This document shows positions 63,795 through 64,000 of a stretch of 64,000 bases of DNA, one piece after another (the first letter of the stretch is position 1; each line of letters begins with the position of its first letter). The notes under the pieces were generated by a model, which searched no databases, was not told the origin of the DNA, and worked only from the letters and a program-made list of their open reading frames with translations. A program made the translations under genes and the position numbers. Location of the stretch: assembly GCA_001179505.1 (NCBI GenBank), contig CDMY01001057.1, positions 62,001-126,000 on the forward strand, in the 5' to 3' direction. Origin of the DNA: Vitrella brassicaformis CCMP3155. Taxonomy: Eukaryota > Protista > Chromerida.

Positions 63795-64000
63795 AATCGG
63801 ACGGCAAACATGCCTGCCTGCCTGCTTGATTTCTTTGGTCTCTTCTGCTCTGTGGTTAGGTGTTGCGCGCGGTCAAGACGTTGCATGACAACGGCATCGT
63901 CCACCGCGACATATCGCTGGAGAACACCCTGCTGCACAGCGACGACACTGTCCGGCTGGTGGACTTCGGACAGGCCGTGCCGCTGTTTGACAGCAAAAGC
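63107..64000 (+). CDS. Ser/Thr protein kinase (CAMK-like), truncated by the window end
   Basis: VVVKKM (VAIK-equivalent Lys), ENEIG (alphaC Glu), FVTELADKGELF, HRDISLENTLL, LVDFG. Confidence 0.92.

Noticed and set aside
1-64000. rRNA, tRNA, CRISPR arrays, transposase or reverse transcriptase, prophage or viral genes
   Set aside because: No recognisable motifs on either strand by eye; small RNAs could be missed without covariance-model searches.

Overview
Intron-rich, GC-rich eukaryotic DNA. The short GT-AG introns with (TG)n/(CA)n/(GACA)n tracts and the bipartite plastid-type leaders suggest a chromerid alveolate such as Vitrella; this is inference, not database-checked. In order: the 3' end of a short-chain dehydrogenase; a 12-kb minus-strand gene for a giant secreted lectin/LamG/13x discoidin/EGF/PAN protein, with the discoidin domains nested inside the LamG domain; a plastid-type group I truncated haemoglobin; a small secreted Gly/Lys/Tyr-repeat gene with a poly-G frameshift, between ~310-bp direct repeats; and a SAM-carrier-like SLC25 gene. 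Next is a ~8-kb segmental duplication (about 19.3-27.2 kb and 30.8-38.4 kb). Each copy has a secreted six-repeat protein of unknown family head-to-head (start codons only 42-48 bp apart) with a Kazal-domain gene. In copy 2 the Kazal domain is fused to an intact V8/S1B-like serine protease; in copy 1 it is followed by an internally deleted nitrate-reductase Moco relic with a membrane tail anchor. The rest holds HEAT-repeat relics, a 3-methyladenine glycosylase I, an unknown thylakoid-type protein, a NicO/CGF-like membrane protein, a PP2C, a ~12-kb IQ/Sfi1-like/ankyrin giant gene and the 5' part of a Ser/Thr kinase. No rRNA, tRNA, CRISPR array or autonomous transposon was recognised. Gene models were spliced by eye; exon coordinates are approximate unless stated.
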